Shown here piece by piece: positions 52,270-64,000 of a DNA stretch of 64,000 bases; the stretch's first letter is position 1; each line of letters begins with the position of its first letter. A model generated the notes under the pieces. It searched no databases and was not told the origin of the DNA. It saw only the letters and a list, made by a program, of their open reading frames with translations. Source of the stretch: Clostridiales bacterium DTU086 (GTDB taxonomy: Bacteria > Bacillota > DTU086); assembly GCA_001513335.1 (NCBI GenBank), contig LFTO01000038.1, forward strand, positions 20,040-84,039. The letters are read 5' to 3'. The position numbers and the translations under genes were made by a program.

Positions 52270-53199
52270 ATGAACATTCTTGTAACCGGAGGCTGCGGGA
52301 ATATCGGTGTCCATGTAGTTGAGGTTTTTGCCAACAAAGGGCACAGTGTCAGAGTCATTGATAAAGATGCCGAAGGATTAAAAAGATTTAATCACAGCAA
52401 CATAGAAACACTAGAAGGTGATATTTCTGACAAAGATTTTATCGTTAAAGCTTTAGAAGGCATAGATGCCGTAATCCACCTTGCATGGAGTTTTTCTAAA
52501 GATCCCTTGGTACTTTTTGACACAGACGTAAAAGGTTACACTTACCTGTTGAATGCAGCAGTCGAATATAACGTCGAGCACGTTATCAATGCCAGTACAG
52601 CTGTTGCCTATGGCAAACCCCAGTACAGTCCAGTAGATGAGGATCACCCCCGGGTTGTGGAAAAGGCACGTAAACCAATGTACGCCCTTGCAAAGTTCGT
52701 AACCGAAAAGCTAGGTTTGATCTATGCACAAGAACATAACTTAGCCGTAAACACAGCGATGATCTGGTGGGCATATGGTGATGAAATTGGAGGCAAGCAT
52801 ATACGTGCCATGATCAAAGATGTCATCGAAAAAGGGGAAATAGTGGTACCTAAAGATTGCGGGGGAAGTTTCCTGCAGCTGGATGACTTTGTAACAGGGT
52901 TGGAAGGAATACTAGAGAAGAAACCCATTGGTCAAACATATAATTTCGGCACCATTTACCTTACCTGGGAGGAATTGGCGGAAATAATAGTTTCCCGGGC
53001 AAACCCCCAGGCAAAAATTGTTGCAGTACCTAAAGAAGAATGGAAAGGCAGTACCTTCTTAACAGATGACTGGAAGTTTAGTACAGCTAAAGCGGAAAAA
53101 GAATTGGGTTATCGGAGCCATTTCTCAAGGGAAGAAGCTGTTGCTCACCTGGGCAAGGCTCTTGAGGCCTGTATTGCGGAGGTAAGGGAAAGCTTGTAA
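52270..53199 (+). CDS. NAD-dependent epimerase/dehydratase family (extended SDR) protein
   Basis: 'ILVTGGCGNIGVHVV' Rossmann motif and the YxxxK region. GAGGAGG RBS. Confidence 0.8.
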   Translation: MNILVTGGCGNIGVHVVEVFANKGHSVRVIDKDAEGLKRFNHSNIETLEGDISDKDFIVKALEGIDAVIHLAWSFSKDPLVLFDTDVKGYTYLLNAAVEYNVEHVINASTAVAYGKPQYSPVDEDHPRVVEKARKPMYALAKFVTEKLGLIYAQEHNLAVNTAMIWWAYGDEIGGKHIRAMIKDVIEKGEIVVPKDCGGSFLQLDDFVTGLEGILEKKPIGQTYNFGTIYLTWEELAEIIVSRANPQAKIVAVPKEEWKGSTFLTDDWKFSTAKAEKELGYRSHFSREEAVAHLGKALEACIAEVRESL

Positions 53200-53255
53200 T
53201 CTTTTTCCGGCTGGAATAAGCAAAAGCATTGGAAGCAATTTCTTCACTTCATAAG

Positions 53256-53276
53256 CAGAGGGCCTGTTAGGCCCTC
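53256..53276. terminator. Inverted repeat between convergent genes
   Basis: AGAGGGCC-tgtta-GGCCCTCT. Confidence 0.35.
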
Positions 53277-53899
53277 TATGTATCTTCCTCTGTTAAAATT
53301 GCCTTTAATTCAGCAGCAGCCTGCTTAGGGTCTTCAGCTGTCAACAGGGCTGACATTACAGCGGCATTTGTTACTCCACACCGGGTTATTTCTGGCAGTG
53401 TGTTCTTATTTATTCCTCCCAGGGGAATAACGGGAATATTTACCTTTCTATAAATTTCTTCTAAAGACTTAACTCCTTTGGGTTCCGCTCCCGGTTTGCA
53501 AGTTGTAGGAAAAATCGGACTGAAAAGGACATAATCTGCACCTTCGTCTTCTGCCTGCAGGACTTCTTCCAGGCTGTGAGTAGAAACACCAATTAGCATA
53601 GCATGCCCCACCATGCGCCGTACCGTTCCCACCGGTAGCCCATCCTGAGCAAGATGCACTCCATCTGCACCAACGGCCAGGGCAATATCTACCCGATCAT
53701 TAATAAGAAGTCGTGAAGCCGAACATTTCAAAGCCTCTTTCAGCTCTACGGCCAATTCATAAACTCTCCGGGCAGGAAGACACTTTTCCCGGAGCTGAAT
53801 CATATCTACTCCTCCGGCAACAGCCTCTTTTACCACCTGGGAAAGGGGCTTGTTCCTCATAAAATCCGACGAAACAATAAAATAAAGGCTGTGTTTCAA
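53276..53899 (-). CDS. thiE: Thiamine-phosphate synthase
   Basis: 'LYFIVSSDF…', the 'GADGVHLGQ'-like motif 'GADGVHLAQ', and a 'GGI' tail. Confidence 0.85.
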   Translation of the reverse strand: MKHSLYFIVSSDFMRNKPLSQVVKEAVAGGVDMIQLREKCLPARRVYELAVELKEALKCSASRLLINDRVDIALAVGADGVHLAQDGLPVGTVRRMVGHAMLIGVSTHSLEEVLQAEDEGADYVLFSPIFPTTCKPGAEPKGVKSLEEIYRKVNIPVIPLGGINKNTLPEITRCGVTNAAVMSALLTAEDPKQAAAELKAILTEEDT

Positions 53900-53908
53900 A
53901 TTTGTTCA

Positions 53909-54217
53909 CTACCCTTCAGGTGTCCTCTTACTGAGTCGTTTAAGGACTAACTTATACCCGCCGGCACCATAGTCCAATGACCGTTTCACACGGCTGACTG
54001 TTGCCGTGCTGGCACCGGTTTCCCTGGAAATAGAAGTGTAAGTTTTATTCTGAGTAAGCATTTTTGCAACTTCCAATCTTTGAGCCAGGGATTTTATTTC
54101 GCTTACCGTACAGATATCCTCAAAAAACCGATAGCATTCTTCTTCATTTTCCAGAAGGAGAATGGCTTCAAATAATTTGTCAACGAGTTCATCCTTCAAC
54201 TTGCTGTTAAAGGTCAA
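53909..54217 (-). CDS. YerC/YecD-family TrpR-like DNA-binding protein
   Basis: '…RLEVAKMLTQNKTYTSISRETGASTATVSRVKRSL' matches the family. 102 aa. Confidence 0.7.
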   Translation of the reverse strand: MTFNSKLKDELVDKLFEAILLLENEEECYRFFEDICTVSEIKSLAQRLEVAKMLTQNKTYTSISRETGASTATVSRVKRSLDYGAGGYKLVLKRLSKRTPEG

Positions 54218-54246
54218 TCAAAACCACCTCCCCGGGAGCCGCAGGG

Positions 54247-55515
54247 TCATCGCAGCAGTGCCCTGAAACCAATATCCCGACGGTAATACATATTATCAAA
54301 ATGTATTGTGTTTATACATTGATAAGCTTTATCTAGCGCCGTCCGAAGGTTTGGGCCCTTTGCGGTAACGCCCAGCACTCTTCCTCCTGAAGTCACTACC
54401 CGACCATTGTCCAATTTTGTCCCAGCATGAAAAACCATAATATCTTCATCACGAAGCTGTTCCAGTCCATGGATAGTCTTTCCTTTTTCATAATAACCCG
54501 GATAGCCGCCCGAAGCAACTACTATACAAACACTGGGTTCCTTGGACCATGATATCTTCATTTCATGGAGCCTTTCATTCACTACTTTCTGAATTATTTC
54601 GAAAAGATCAGTTTCAAGACGGAACAGAACAGGCTGAGTTTCAGGATCTCCAAAGCGAACATTGAACTCCAATACTTGCGGCCCCTTTTCAGTAACCATT
54701 AGCCCGGCGTATAAGACTCCCTTATAGCGGATACCTTCAGCGTTCATCCCTTCCACAACCGGCTCCAAAATTTTACGAACAACAACGGCATGTAATTCTC
54801 CGGTATAGACCGGAGCAGGGGAATAGGCACCCATACCACCGGTATTGGGTCCCTGGTCACCATCAAAAGCCCGCTTGTGATCCTGAGAGGACACCATAGG
54901 AATAATTGTTTTTCCGTCAGAAAAAGCAAGAATACTGACCTCTTCACCCTTTAACAGCTCTTCTACAACGATCTTGTCCCCTGCACTGCCAAAAACCTTT
55001 TCTACCATTATCTTCTCAACAGCGGCAAGGGCTTCTTCTTTCGAACTTGCCACAAACACTCCCTTACCGGCAGCCAGACCGTCAGCTTTCACTACACAAG
55101 CATCAAGATTATTCTCAATATAATCTCTGGCTTTTTCGGCACAATCAAAAACCTGGAAGGGGGCGGTAGGAATGTTATACTTGGCCATAAATTTCTTGGC
55201 ATAACTTTTGCTCCCTTCAAGGAGGGCAGCTTTCCTGCAGGGACCGAAAACCCTGCGTCCCGCATTTTCAAAAACATCAACCAGTCCTGCAACAAGCGGC
55301 GCTTCGGGACCGACAACTGTCAGGTCTATCTTTTTCTCTTCTGCCACTTTCAGCAGCCCGTCAATATCTGTTGGATCTATAGGAATGCATTCTGCAATTT
55401 CAGCGATACCTGCATTTCCCGGTGCACAAAAGACCTTTTTTACACGGGGGCTCTGTGATATTTTCCAGACAATGGCGTGCTCCCTGCCCCCGCCCCCAAC
55501 GACTAAAACTTTCAT
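54247..55515 (-). CDS. purD: Phosphoribosylamine--glycine ligase
   Basis: ATP-grasp PurD motifs 'MKVLVVGGGGREHA'. Confidence 0.95.
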   Translation of the reverse strand: MKVLVVGGGGREHAIVWKISQSPRVKKVFCAPGNAGIAEIAECIPIDPTDIDGLLKVAEEKKIDLTVVGPEAPLVAGLVDVFENAGRRVFGPCRKAALLEGSKSYAKKFMAKYNIPTAPFQVFDCAEKARDYIENNLDACVVKADGLAAGKGVFVASSKEEALAAVEKIMVEKVFGSAGDKIVVEELLKGEEVSILAFSDGKTIIPMVSSQDHKRAFDGDQGPNTGGMGAYSPAPVYTGELHAVVVRKILEPVVEGMNAEGIRYKGVLYAGLMVTEKGPQVLEFNVRFGDPETQPVLFRLETDLFEIIQKVVNERLHEMKISWSKEPSVCIVVASGGYPGYYEKGKTIHGLEQLRDEDIMVFHAGTKLDNGRVVTSGGRVLGVTAKGPNLRTALDKAYQCINTIHFDNMYYRRDIGFRALLR

Positions 55516-55540
55516 GTTCAGAACACTCCTGATAGGAAAT

Positions 55541-57085
55541 TTAATGTTTGAAATGACGCATTCCAGTAAAGATCATGATAATCCCGTTCGCATTAGCAGC
55601 AGCAATAGACTCTTCATCTCTGATTGACCCTCCCGGCTGAATTATAGCCTTGATTCCGGCTTTAGCAGCCGCCTCAACGGTGTCTCCGAAGGGAAAGAAT
55701 GCATCTGATGCCAAATAAGCTCCGGCCGCACCGGCACCGGCTTGTTTTAAAGCAATCCCGGCAGAACCGACACGGTTCATCTGACCTGCCCCAACACCAA
55801 GTGTAGCCTTATCCTTCGTAACTACGATTGCATTTGACTTAACGTGCTTTACCACCTTCCAGGCAAAAAGGAGTTCCTCAATATCCTGCTGGGATGGCTG
55901 GGCATTGGTAACTACCTTCCATTCCTCAGGAGTTACGTTTCCCGTATCGATATCCTGGACCAGGAAGCCACCACTGACCTTTTTAAGGTCATAAGCCTTT
56001 TGTCCTAATTCCTCAAGTTCACCGCACTCCAGCACTCTGAGTTTGGGTTTAGCAGAAAGTACTTCCAGGGCATCCGGGTCAACAGAAGGTGCAATAACAG
56101 CTTCAAGGAATATTCCTGTCAGTTCCTCTGCCGTTACCCTGTCAATTCCCCGGTTTAAAGCTACAATGCCCCCGTATGCTGAAAGCCTGTCCGCCTCCAA
56201 GGCACGAATATATGCTTCTTTTATATTTTTGCCCATTGCAGTTCCACAGGGGTTTGTGTGCTTAATTATCGCAGCTGCCGGGTCTTGAAACTCCCGGACC
56301 AGGGAAAGGGCGGCCTCGATATCAACAATATTATTGAAGGAGAGTTCTTTCCCCTGGAGCTGCCTTGCACCCCCCAAAGTCCCCGAAACAGCAGCATCAT
56401 CCTTATAGAAGGCAGCTTTTTGGTGGGGGTTTTCACCGTACCGGAGAGTCTGAATCCTTTTCCCTGTGATTGAGAAGGTCTCACCAAAATCCTCTTTTCT
56501 GCAAATACCCGCTAAATAATCGGCTATACAGCGATCATACTCGGCAGTATGGTTGAATGCTTCCTGAGCCAGAGCAAGACGCATACTGTCTGAAACCCCG
56601 CCATTTTCCTTGATCTCCCGGATTATTTCCTTGTACCTTAAAGGATTTACAACAACTACAACGTCATGGTGGTTTTTGGCTGCAGCCCGTACCATGGCAG
56701 GCCCGCCGATATCAATATTTTCCACAGCTTCTTCCAGAGTCACATCTGCCTTGCTTATTGTCTGTCTGAATGGATAAAGGTTTACCGCCACAATATCAAT
56801 AGGAGTAATACCGTTTTCCTCCAGCTGCCCAAGATGCTCCGGAGTTCTCCGGGCAAGAATACCCCCGTGAACCTTGGGATGCAGCGTTTTGACTCTGCCG
56901 TCCAGTATTTCAGGGAATCCGGTAACGTCACTAACATATGTAACTTCAACACCGGCCTCCCTGAGAGTTTTTGCCGTCCCCCCTGTTGATACAACCTCAT
57001 AACCCAGAACAGTTAGCTCCTTTGCGAACTCGACAACACCTGACTTATCAGAAACACTTACAAGCGCTCTTTTCTTTGCCGGCAC
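55541..57085 (-). CDS. purH: Bifunctional AICAR transformylase / IMP cyclohydrolase
   Basis: MGS-like N-terminus 'RALVSVSDK' plus AICARFT. 514 aa. Confidence 0.95.
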   Translation of the reverse strand: MPAKKRALVSVSDKSGVVEFAKELTVLGYEVVSTGGTAKTLREAGVEVTYVSDVTGFPEILDGRVKTLHPKVHGGILARRTPEHLGQLEENGITPIDIVAVNLYPFRQTISKADVTLEEAVENIDIGGPAMVRAAAKNHHDVVVVVNPLRYKEIIREIKENGGVSDSMRLALAQEAFNHTAEYDRCIADYLAGICRKEDFGETFSITGKRIQTLRYGENPHQKAAFYKDDAAVSGTLGGARQLQGKELSFNNIVDIEAALSLVREFQDPAAAIIKHTNPCGTAMGKNIKEAYIRALEADRLSAYGGIVALNRGIDRVTAEELTGIFLEAVIAPSVDPDALEVLSAKPKLRVLECGELEELGQKAYDLKKVSGGFLVQDIDTGNVTPEEWKVVTNAQPSQQDIEELLFAWKVVKHVKSNAIVVTKDKATLGVGAGQMNRVGSAGIALKQAGAGAAGAYLASDAFFPFGDTVEAAAKAGIKAIIQPGGSIRDEESIAAANANGIIMIFTGMRHFKH

Positions 57086-57714
57086 CAGACATTACCTCCT
57101 TCATGAATAATAACTTTTCGTCCGACAATACGTACATTACCCAAAACCAGCTGTCTAACAACCAGCGGATAAAGCTGATGTTCCTGTTCCAGTATCCGGG
57201 CAGAAAGGGTTTCCACCGTATCATTTTCAATAATAGGTACAACTCGCTGCCCAATGATAGGACCAGTATCCATACCTTCATCAACAAAATGTACAGTACA
57301 TCCCGAGTATTTCACCCCATAGTCTAAAGCCTGCTGCTGTGCGTTCAGGCCAGGAAAAGCAGGGAGCAGGGAAGGGTGAATGTTAACAATCCGGTTAGGG
57401 AAAGCCTGGACAAACCCAGGACCCAAGATTCGCATAAACCCGGCCAGACAAATTAGATCAATGTTCTTCTCTTTAAGAAACCCAACTAACGCCTCATCAA
57501 AGGTTTTCCTGTCCTTAAAATCACTGCCAATAAACACCGCCGTCTCAATTCCATGTTCAATGGCACGCTGAAGCGCCTGGGCATCTGGTTTATCACTAAC
57601 CACAACTCCAATTTCCGCCGGAATATACCTGTTTTCCACCGCCTCAATCAGGGCTTGAAGATTGGACCCCCTCCCGGAGGCTAACACTGCAATACGCACC
57701 TTGAATCCCCCCAT
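57058..57714 (-). CDS. purN: Phosphoribosylglycinamide formyltransferase
   Basis: '[16 protein letters not shown]'. The start may be the internal GTG (VRIAV…) with a GGGGGGA RBS. Confidence 0.9.
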   Translation of the reverse strand: MGGFKVRIAVLASGRGSNLQALIEAVENRYIPAEIGVVVSDKPDAQALQRAIEHGIETAVFIGSDFKDRKTFDEALVGFLKEKNIDLICLAGFMRILGPGFVQAFPNRIVNIHPSLLPAFPGLNAQQQALDYGVKYSGCTVHFVDEGMDTGPIIGQRVVPIIENDTVETLSARILEQEHQLYPLVVRQLVLGNVRIVGRKVIIHEGGNVWCRQRKERL

Positions 57715-57717
57715 TTA

Positions 57718-58767
57718 CTACACAATTTTCACTTCTCTCTGTCCGGGAGTTACTTCCCCAACATGAAATACCTCTTCCCCTTCCGCAGAACAAAGCTGGA
57801 AAACTGCTCCTACATCTGATTCCCTGACGGCAAAAACAAGCCCCAGACCGTTGTTAAAAGTACGGTACATCTCATCTTGATCTAATTTTCCCAGCTGCCC
57901 CAGCCATTGAAATACAGGAAGTTGATTCCAGGACCCTTTCCTGATAATAGCCCTGCAACCTTCGGGAAGAATACGAGCCACATTTTCGGTAATCCCTCCT
58001 CCGGTAATATGGGCCATACCCAAAATATCCACAGCACTTAAGAGCCTGCGGGTAATCGCTGCATATATCCGTGTAGGCTTCAGGAGTTCTTCTGCCAGTG
58101 TACTTCCCAACTCGGGAATATAATCACTGACCTGGAATTTGTTCAATTCAAAAACAATTTTTCTTACCAGGGAAAACCCGTTGCTGTGTAGCCCTGATGA
58201 ACCAAGAGCAAGCAATTGGTCTCCCGGTTTTATCCTTGATCCGTCTACAATTTTATCCCTTTCAACTATCCCGACGGCAAATCCTGCAATATCATATTCA
58301 TTCTCTGAGTACATGCCAGGCATTTCTGCAGTTTCCCCGCCAATCAGGGCACAACCTGCCTCCCTGCATCCGGTGCTTATCCCTTTAACAATTTCAGCCA
58401 CTTTTTCAGGGACAAGCTTCCCTACCGCTATATAGTCAAGAAAGAATAAGGGGTGAGCACCTTGAACAGCAATATCATTTACGCACATGGCTACGGCATC
58501 TATACCAACGGTGTCATGTTTATCTGCCAGAAACGCCACCTTTAACTTTGTGCCAACTCCGTCCGTCCCGGCAACCAGGACAGGGTTTGAATACCCCGCT
58601 ACGTCCAAAGCAAAAAGCCCTCCAAAACCACCAAGATCTGCCAAGACCTCCCTGCCCCAGGTACTCTTTACATAACCCCGCATAAGGTCAACAGCTTTAT
58701 TTCCGGCGTCAATATCCACTCCCGAGGAAGCATAGTCAACTCTTTCACCAGTCAAAAGAATCACCAA
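57718..58767 (-). CDS. purM: Phosphoribosylformylglycinamidine cyclo-ligase
   Basis: AIR synthase motifs 'DGVGTKL' and 'HITGGG'. Confidence 0.95.
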   Translation of the reverse strand: MVILLTGERVDYASSGVDIDAGNKAVDLMRGYVKSTWGREVLADLGGFGGLFALDVAGYSNPVLVAGTDGVGTKLKVAFLADKHDTVGIDAVAMCVNDIAVQGAHPLFFLDYIAVGKLVPEKVAEIVKGISTGCREAGCALIGGETAEMPGMYSENEYDIAGFAVGIVERDKIVDGSRIKPGDQLLALGSSGLHSNGFSLVRKIVFELNKFQVSDYIPELGSTLAEELLKPTRIYAAITRRLLSAVDILGMAHITGGGITENVARILPEGCRAIIRKGSWNQLPVFQWLGQLGKLDQDEMYRTFNNGLGLVFAVRESDVGAVFQLCSAEGEEVFHVGEVTPGQREVKIV

Positions 58768-60185
58768 CCTTCCTCAAACATGTTTTTATCCTCATCTTCT
58801 TTCTCCGGAATACCCGCAGGGTAATCACCGGTAAAACAACCAGTGCACATCTTCTTTTCCGGCAGTCCAACAGCCTGTATCAGCCCCGGAACACTTAAAT
58901 AGTGTAAGCTGTCCGCCCCGATATGGCGACAGATATCATCTACTCCAATCCTCCCCGCAATCAATTCTTCCCTCTTCCCTGTATCAATACCATAATAACA
59001 GGAGTTTTGAATTGGTGGAGAGCTGACCATCATATGAACTTCCCTTGCCCCTGCATCCCTGACCAACTGGACAATTTTTTTGCTGGTAGTACCTCTTACA
59101 ATAGAATCATCAACTAAAATAACCCGCTGTCCCTGAAGGATTTCACGGACGGGGTGAAGTTTTAATTTTACTCCCAGGTCGCGCATTTTCTGACTGGGCT
59201 GAATAAAAGTCCGGCCAACATAGCGATTTTTTATAAGTCCACTCATAAAAGGAATACCCTTGGCCTGGGAGTAACCAAGAGCAGCGGAATTACCGGAATC
59301 AGGAACAGGGATTACCATATCCGCTTCAACATCCGTCTCCCGCGCCAATTGACGGCCGCATTCCATCCTGATTTGAGCTACATTACCGGCATCAAGAGTA
59401 CTGTCGGGACGGGCCAAGTAGACGTACTCAAAAATACACATCCCCTGGCGTTCCTCTTGTCCAATCTTAAAGGACTCCAAACCGCTGCTGTTGATAACAA
59501 CCATTTCCCCGGGCTCAATAAATCGCACAAATTTCGCACCTACTATTCCCAGTGCACAGGTTTCTGATGCCAGTACATATGCTTCATTAAGCCTGCCAAG
59601 ACATAAGGGACGTACTCCGTAGGGGTCCCTTATGCCAATTAATTTGTTCTGGGTCATCATCACTATGGAATAGGCACCCCGAATATGCGACACTGCTTTT
59701 GTCACAGCATCTACAATACCCTCTTCTCCGTACCTGGCCACTAAATTAGCAAAAATTTCAGTATCACTTGTGGATTGAAACAAAACACCCATTTCCGCCA
59801 GTTGCTCTTCCATCTGAGCAGCATTAACAAGGTTCCCGTTGTGGGCAAAAGCTGCACTACCCCGCCTGCATCTAAACACCAGGGGTTGGGCGTTAATTAA
59901 TGAATTTGAGCCGGTGGGAGAATACCGGACATGCCCCACGGCGGCAGAACCATTAAGATTGTTGAGGATGGTATCGTTGAATACCTCCATCACCAAGCCC
60001 ATTCCTTTATGGACATTTATTTGTTTTCCGTCAGTGACGGCAATTCCGGCACTTTCCTGCCCCCTGTGCTGGAGAGCATGGAGTCCAAAATAAGTTAAGC
60101 GGGAGACATTTTCACCTGGGCCCCAAATGCCAAAAACGCCGCACTCGTCTTTCGGTTTATCGGCTATCACTATGTCATGAGACAT
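58761..60185 (-). CDS. purF: Amidophosphoribosyltransferase
   Basis: Propeptide then 'CGVFGIW'. Ntn-GATase plus PRT domain. Confidence 0.95.
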   Translation of the reverse strand: MSHDIVIADKPKDECGVFGIWGPGENVSRLTYFGLHALQHRGQESAGIAVTDGKQINVHKGMGLVMEVFNDTILNNLNGSAAVGHVRYSPTGSNSLINAQPLVFRCRRGSAAFAHNGNLVNAAQMEEQLAEMGVLFQSTSDTEIFANLVARYGEEGIVDAVTKAVSHIRGAYSIVMMTQNKLIGIRDPYGVRPLCLGRLNEAYVLASETCALGIVGAKFVRFIEPGEMVVINSSGLESFKIGQEERQGMCIFEYVYLARPDSTLDAGNVAQIRMECGRQLARETDVEADMVIPVPDSGNSAALGYSQAKGIPFMSGLIKNRYVGRTFIQPSQKMRDLGVKLKLHPVREILQGQRVILVDDSIVRGTTSKKIVQLVRDAGAREVHMMVSSPPIQNSCYYGIDTGKREELIAGRIGVDDICRHIGADSLHYLSVPGLIQAVGLPEKKMCTGCFTGDYPAGIPEKEDEDKNMFEEGW

Positions 60186-62380
60186 TCTATAGCCCCCCTG
60201 TATTCCTCTTCGATTCTATTAACGGACAGCTCTACCAAATTAGATTTTTCTCCTGCGAAGCAGATAGTTAGTGTTTCTCCTCCAACAACCCCAATGCGGG
60301 CAGAAGGAATACCGAAAGCTTCAGCAATTTTAAAAAGAGCATCAACATATGATTTTTCACAAGTAACAATTATTCTGGACTGAGATTCACTAAACAAGGC
60401 TTCCAGGGGAGACATATTCCTTTTTTCAAGGGTAATAGCCGCACCAATACCGCCTGAAATACAGCATTCCGCCAGTGCAACGGCAATCCCCCCGTCGGAG
60501 CAGTCATGAGCGCTCTTGATCAACCCTTTACGGATACCTTCCAAACAGGTTTCCTGAACAGCTTTCTCCAACCGCAGGTCTAATTGCGGAACTCTGCCGC
60601 CTTCTAAATCTTCGACTACCTCCAAATAAGAACTGGCCCCCAGTTCAGGCAGCGTTTCACCAAGAAGAAGCACCACATCACCAGAATCCTTGAAACCTTG
60701 TGTCCTTATATGATTCAAGTCCTCGACCAGACCAACCATCCCTACAACGGGTGTTGGGAATATTGCACCGCTCTCGGTTTCATTGTAAAAGCTTACGTTT
60801 CCGCTGACCACAGGAGTACCCAGGACTTTTGCTGCCTCGCTCATTCCCCTGACTACCTTTTCAAACTGCCAGTAAATTTCCGGCTTGTCCGGGGTACCGA
60901 AATTTAAACAATCCGTAAGTGCCAGTGGGCGTGCTCCTGAGCATACCAGGTTGCGTGCTGACTCTGCAACAGCAATAGCTCCCCCGGTAAAAGGATCAAG
61001 GTAGCAGTAGCGCCCGTTCCCATCGGTGGCAGCAGCAATAGCCTTGTTGGCTCCTTTTATTCGGATTACGGCGGCATCGGAACCAGGGCAGACAACAGTG
61101 CTGGTCCGAACCATATGGTCATACTGCCGGTAAACCCACTCCTTGCTGGCAATTGAAGGGGAAGACAACAGTTTAAGAAGAATTTCCGACATGTCTGTCT
61201 CTGCGGACAAATCCAGACATTCCGCAGCCTTTGCTGCAGAGGCCAAATATTCAGGCTCGCTTCTGTCAGGATGATAAACCGGACACATATCCGTAAGGGC
61301 TTTTGCCGGTACCTCAGCTACCGTTTCTCCTTCATTCTTTACCCGCAAGATTCCGTCGCCAGTGACATAACCAATTACAGTGGCCTCCAATCCCCACTTT
61401 TCAAAAATAGCCTGTACTTCTTCTTCCCTGCCCTTGCGGGGAACTACAAGCATCCGTTCCTGGCTCTCAGACAGCATTATTTCATATGGGGTCATCCCTT
61501 GTTCCCGCAGGGGGACTTTTGATAATTCAATTTCCATCCCGTTATTGCCCCGGGCAGCCATTTCACTTGTGGAACCGGTAATCCCGGCAGCACCCAAGTC
61601 CTGCATTCCCACGATACAGCCGGTACGGACCATTTCCAGACAGGCTTCCATGAGAAGCTTTTCCATAAAAGGGTCGCCAACCTGGACGGAGGAACGTTGG
61701 CTGGCCGATTCCTCACTTAATTCCACTGAAGCAAAAGTTGCCCCGTGAATTCCGTCCCTTCCTGTTTTTGCCCCCACAAGCATCACCGGATTGCCTACGC
61801 CTGCGGCGGTGCCCGTGGAGAGGTCTTCGTGATCAATTATTCCAATGCACATGGCGTTTACCAAGGGATTTCCCTCGTAAGAATCATTGAAATAGACTTC
61901 ACCGCCGACAGTAGGGATACCCATGCAGTTGCCGTAGAAAGCTATTCCTTCCACAACTCGCCCAAACAAATACTTCGTCCGCCCGGTATTCAACCGGCCA
62001 AAACGCAAGGAATTCAACAAAGCAATAGGTCTTGCCCCCATACAAAGGATATCCCTAATAATTCCTCCTACACCGGTAGCGGCACCCTGAAAAGGTTCTA
62101 ATGCAGAAGGGTGATTATGGCTTTCGATCTTAAAAACTAATGCCTTGCCGTCCCCAATATCTACCACACCGGCATTTTCTCCGGGACCATGCATTACACA
62201 ATCACCCGTAGTAGGAAAAAGCTTCAAAACAGCCCTCGAGTTTTTATAGCTACAGTGTTCCGACCACATTACGGCAAACATTCCAAGTTCTACGAAATTG
62301 GGTTCCCGACCCAATATTTTTTTTATCAAATTATACTCATTTTCCCGTAGGCCCATCTCCCGCCACGCAGGTTTACTCAA
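60170..62380 (-). CDS. purL: Phosphoribosylformylglycinamidine synthase II (large PurL)
   Basis: Duplicated PurM-like domains. 736 aa. Confidence 0.95.
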   Translation of the reverse strand: MSKPAWREMGLRENEYNLIKKILGREPNFVELGMFAVMWSEHCSYKNSRAVLKLFPTTGDCVMHGPGENAGVVDIGDGKALVFKIESHNHPSALEPFQGAATGVGGIIRDILCMGARPIALLNSLRFGRLNTGRTKYLFGRVVEGIAFYGNCMGIPTVGGEVYFNDSYEGNPLVNAMCIGIIDHEDLSTGTAAGVGNPVMLVGAKTGRDGIHGATFASVELSEESASQRSSVQVGDPFMEKLLMEACLEMVRTGCIVGMQDLGAAGITGSTSEMAARGNNGMEIELSKVPLREQGMTPYEIMLSESQERMLVVPRKGREEEVQAIFEKWGLEATVIGYVTGDGILRVKNEGETVAEVPAKALTDMCPVYHPDRSEPEYLASAAKAAECLDLSAETDMSEILLKLLSSPSIASKEWVYRQYDHMVRTSTVVCPGSDAAVIRIKGANKAIAAATDGNGRYCYLDPFTGGAIAVAESARNLVCSGARPLALTDCLNFGTPDKPEIYWQFEKVVRGMSEAAKVLGTPVVSGNVSFYNETESGAIFPTPVVGMVGLVEDLNHIRTQGFKDSGDVVLLLGETLPELGASSYLEVVEDLEGGRVPQLDLRLEKAVQETCLEGIRKGLIKSAHDCSDGGIAVALAECCISGGIGAAITLEKRNMSPLEALFSESQSRIIVTCEKSYVDALFKIAEAFGIPSARIGVVGGETLTICFAGEKSNLVELSVNRIEEEYRGAIECLMT

Positions 62381-63080
62381 GTCCTCCGCCTCCTTCCAGG
62401 AAATTAATCATGGAGATAAATATTTTTACTCCGTCGGTACCTGACATTATCTCTTCCATGCACCTTTCCGGGTGAGGCATCATTCCCAAAACATTCCCCC
62501 CATGGTTGCAAATCCCGGCAATATTATTAACAGAGCCATTGGGATTAGACTCCGGCGTCGGTTCACCGGAAGGATTGCAATACCTGAATACAACCCGTCC
62601 CGAATCTTCCAATTCTTTCAGTGTTTCGGCATCGGCGTAATAGTTTCCATCGGAATGGGCTATAGGTATTTGAAGTATCTCTCCTTTCCTGCAGGCATTG
62701 GTAAAGGGAGTTTTTGAATTTACTACCCGCAGGTGTGTATTTTGGCACCGGAACTGCAGGTTGTCATTCTTACGCATAGCTCCTGGCAAAAGTCCTGCTT
62801 CAAGGAGAATTTGGAAACCATTACATATCCCTAATACCAGGCCACCGCCCAGGGCATATTCAGAAACTGCCTCCATAACAGGAGAAAAACGGGCTATTGC
62901 ACCTCCCCGCAGGTAATCCCCGTAAGAAAAGCCTCCAGGGAGCACAATACAGTCATATTTGCCCACGTCTTTATTCCGGTGCCAAATATATTCCGCCTCA
63001 TGTCCCATTACATCCTGGACAGCATATTTTACATCAAGATCGCAATTTGACCCCGGGAATACTACTATCCCAACTTTCAT
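62373..63080 (-). CDS. purQ: Phosphoribosylformylglycinamidine synthase I (glutaminase)
   Basis: Class I GATase 'GICNGFQ'. 235 aa. Confidence 0.9.
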   Translation of the reverse strand: MKVGIVVFPGSNCDLDVKYAVQDVMGHEAEYIWHRNKDVGKYDCIVLPGGFSYGDYLRGGAIARFSPVMEAVSEYALGGGLVLGICNGFQILLEAGLLPGAMRKNDNLQFRCQNTHLRVVNSKTPFTNACRKGEILQIPIAHSDGNYYADAETLKELEDSGRVVFRYCNPSGEPTPESNPNGSVNNIAGICNHGGNVLGMMPHPERCMEEIMSGTDGVKIFISMINFLEGGGGLE

Positions 63081-63331
63081 TTTTCTACCTCCTGCAAGTT
63101 AAAGGTGTATTCTTCTATTACAGGATTAGCCAGCAGGCTGTCGCACATTTCTTTAACCTGTTGATTAGCTGCCTCTAAACTGTCCGCACTAAGAACAACC
63201 TGCATAAACTTTCCAATCCTAACCTCCTGAACACCCCTAAAATTCATGGAATGCAGTGCTTTTTCTACTGCAGACCCCTGGGGATCCAGAACTCCCTCTT
63301 TTAAAGTAATGTAAATTTCCGCTTTATACAT
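63077..63331 (-). CDS. purS: FGAM synthase PurS component
   Basis: 84-aa PurS fold, directly preceding purQ. Confidence 0.85.
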   Translation of the reverse strand: MYKAEIYITLKEGVLDPQGSAVEKALHSMNFRGVQEVRIGKFMQVVLSADSLEAANQQVKEMCDSLLANPVIEEYTFNLQEVEK

Positions 63332-63610
63332 ATTGATCTCACCTCCTTGAGGTCTACTCCATATTTCCGGTAAGCCTCTCTGTTCTTGCCAAAATCACCT
63401 TCTAAATCTATCCTTTTATCCCGCTGCCGCCCCGTTTCCCAATTTCAGAAGCGACTGCAGGGTGCTCAAATTTTTTGCCAGTCGCCAGGAGTGGAAATTT
63501 CTTGTTGTTTGGCGCACAATGAGAAAACAATACCCCATTAAAATTTTATTGCCTGGTTGCCCGGTAAAAACTGCAATACCCAGGCAAGAATAAATCCGCC
63601 TGGGCCGTTC

Positions 63611-64000
63611 TCATTTTTTTCTGGTTTCAAAAAGATAACCGTCTATCCCCAACTGCTGCAGTTGTTTGTTCTTTTCCTCAACCTTTTCGGCAAGCTGCCG
63701 TTTAAATTCAATCAATCTATCATTTATATCCCTATTTTCCAGGGCAAGAATCTGGGCAGCAAAGATTCCCGCATTCCTCGCCCCGTTTACTGCCATAGTC
63801 GCAACAGGTATTCCTCTGGGCATCTGGACAATTGAGTACAAAGCATCTGTCCCGTTAAGAGGAGGCGCCGAAATGGGCACACCAATTACCGGCAGGGTGG
63901 TATGGGCTGCAATTATTCCCGGAAGATGGGCAGCACCTCCTGCACCGGCAATAATTACCCGAATCCCCCTTGATGCAGCATTGGCAGCTAACTGCTGAAC
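63611..64000 (-). CDS. purE: N5-carboxyaminoimidazole ribonucleotide mutase (5' end lies beyond the window)
   Basis: 'SIVQMPRGIPVATMAVNGARNAGIFAAQIL' is the PurE C-terminus. The ORF remains open to the window edge. Confidence 0.85.
   Translation of the reverse strand, partial: VQQLAANAASRGIRVIIAGAGGAAHLPGIIAAHTTLPVIGVPISAPPLNGTDALYSIVQMPRGIPVATMAVNGARNAGIFAAQILALENRDINDRLIEFKRQLAEKVEEKNKQLQQLGIDGYLFETRKK

Noticed and set aside
63332-63610. Purine (G-box) riboswitch between purE and purS
   Set aside because: No GAUAUGG, GUUUCUACC, CCGUAAAU or GACUAUG core segments are present. Kept only as a generic structured spacer.

Overview
This is a 64-kb chromosomal window from a low-GC Gram-positive anaerobe (Clostridia-like). 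It carries pfkA-pyk, pcrA-ligA-gatCAB, a hisZ/short-hisG his operon, a four-subunit 2-oxoacid:ferredoxin oxidoreductase, YlxP/DUF503 and a YerC-like protein. Most of it is conserved housekeeping on the minus strand: the 3' end of metNIQ, minC, pfkA-pyk, coaD, dnaE, tRNA-Pro, trmL, an Aquifex-type aconitase, pcrA-ligA-gatCAB, hisZGDB(H*)AF-IE, a ClC channel, porGDAB, thiE and purE/purSQLFMNHD. Several accessory or anomalous patches sit between these blocks. (1) A strongly AT-rich (~30-35% GC) two-gene module at 16.3-18.0 kb encodes a helical cytosolic protein plus a 3-TM membrane protein, with no recognisable domains. It lies between an intrinsic terminator and a glycogen cluster and is the best candidate here for an undescribed system. 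(2) A non-canonical alpha-glucan cluster at 18.2-27.4 kb has DUF4912, a GH57 branching enzyme, a fused NDP-sugar pyrophosphorylase/phosphohexomutase, a GT4 transferase, a GalT-like enzyme, GT5 GlgA and a standalone CBM25-like protein, but no glgC. (3) An IS3-family element (orfA/orfB with an A-AAA-AAA -1 frameshift site) sits next to an AlbA_2/Schlafen-like gene remnant in an AT-rich mini-island. (4) hisH is truncated at its 5' end: only the C-terminal ~70 codons remain and the catalytic HPE motif reads YLE. (5) A bacterial CDC48/VCP-type double-AAA+ ATPase is preceded by a 1.2-kb AT-rich leader carrying a perfect 20-bp tandem direct repeat and a small RBS-bearing ORF. Several small basic ORFs with strong ribosome-binding sites, a standalone minC, an orphan ClpP-fold (S49/SDH-like) peptidase and a ClC with a non-canonical filter motif are also noted. 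No CRISPR arrays or rRNA genes are present.
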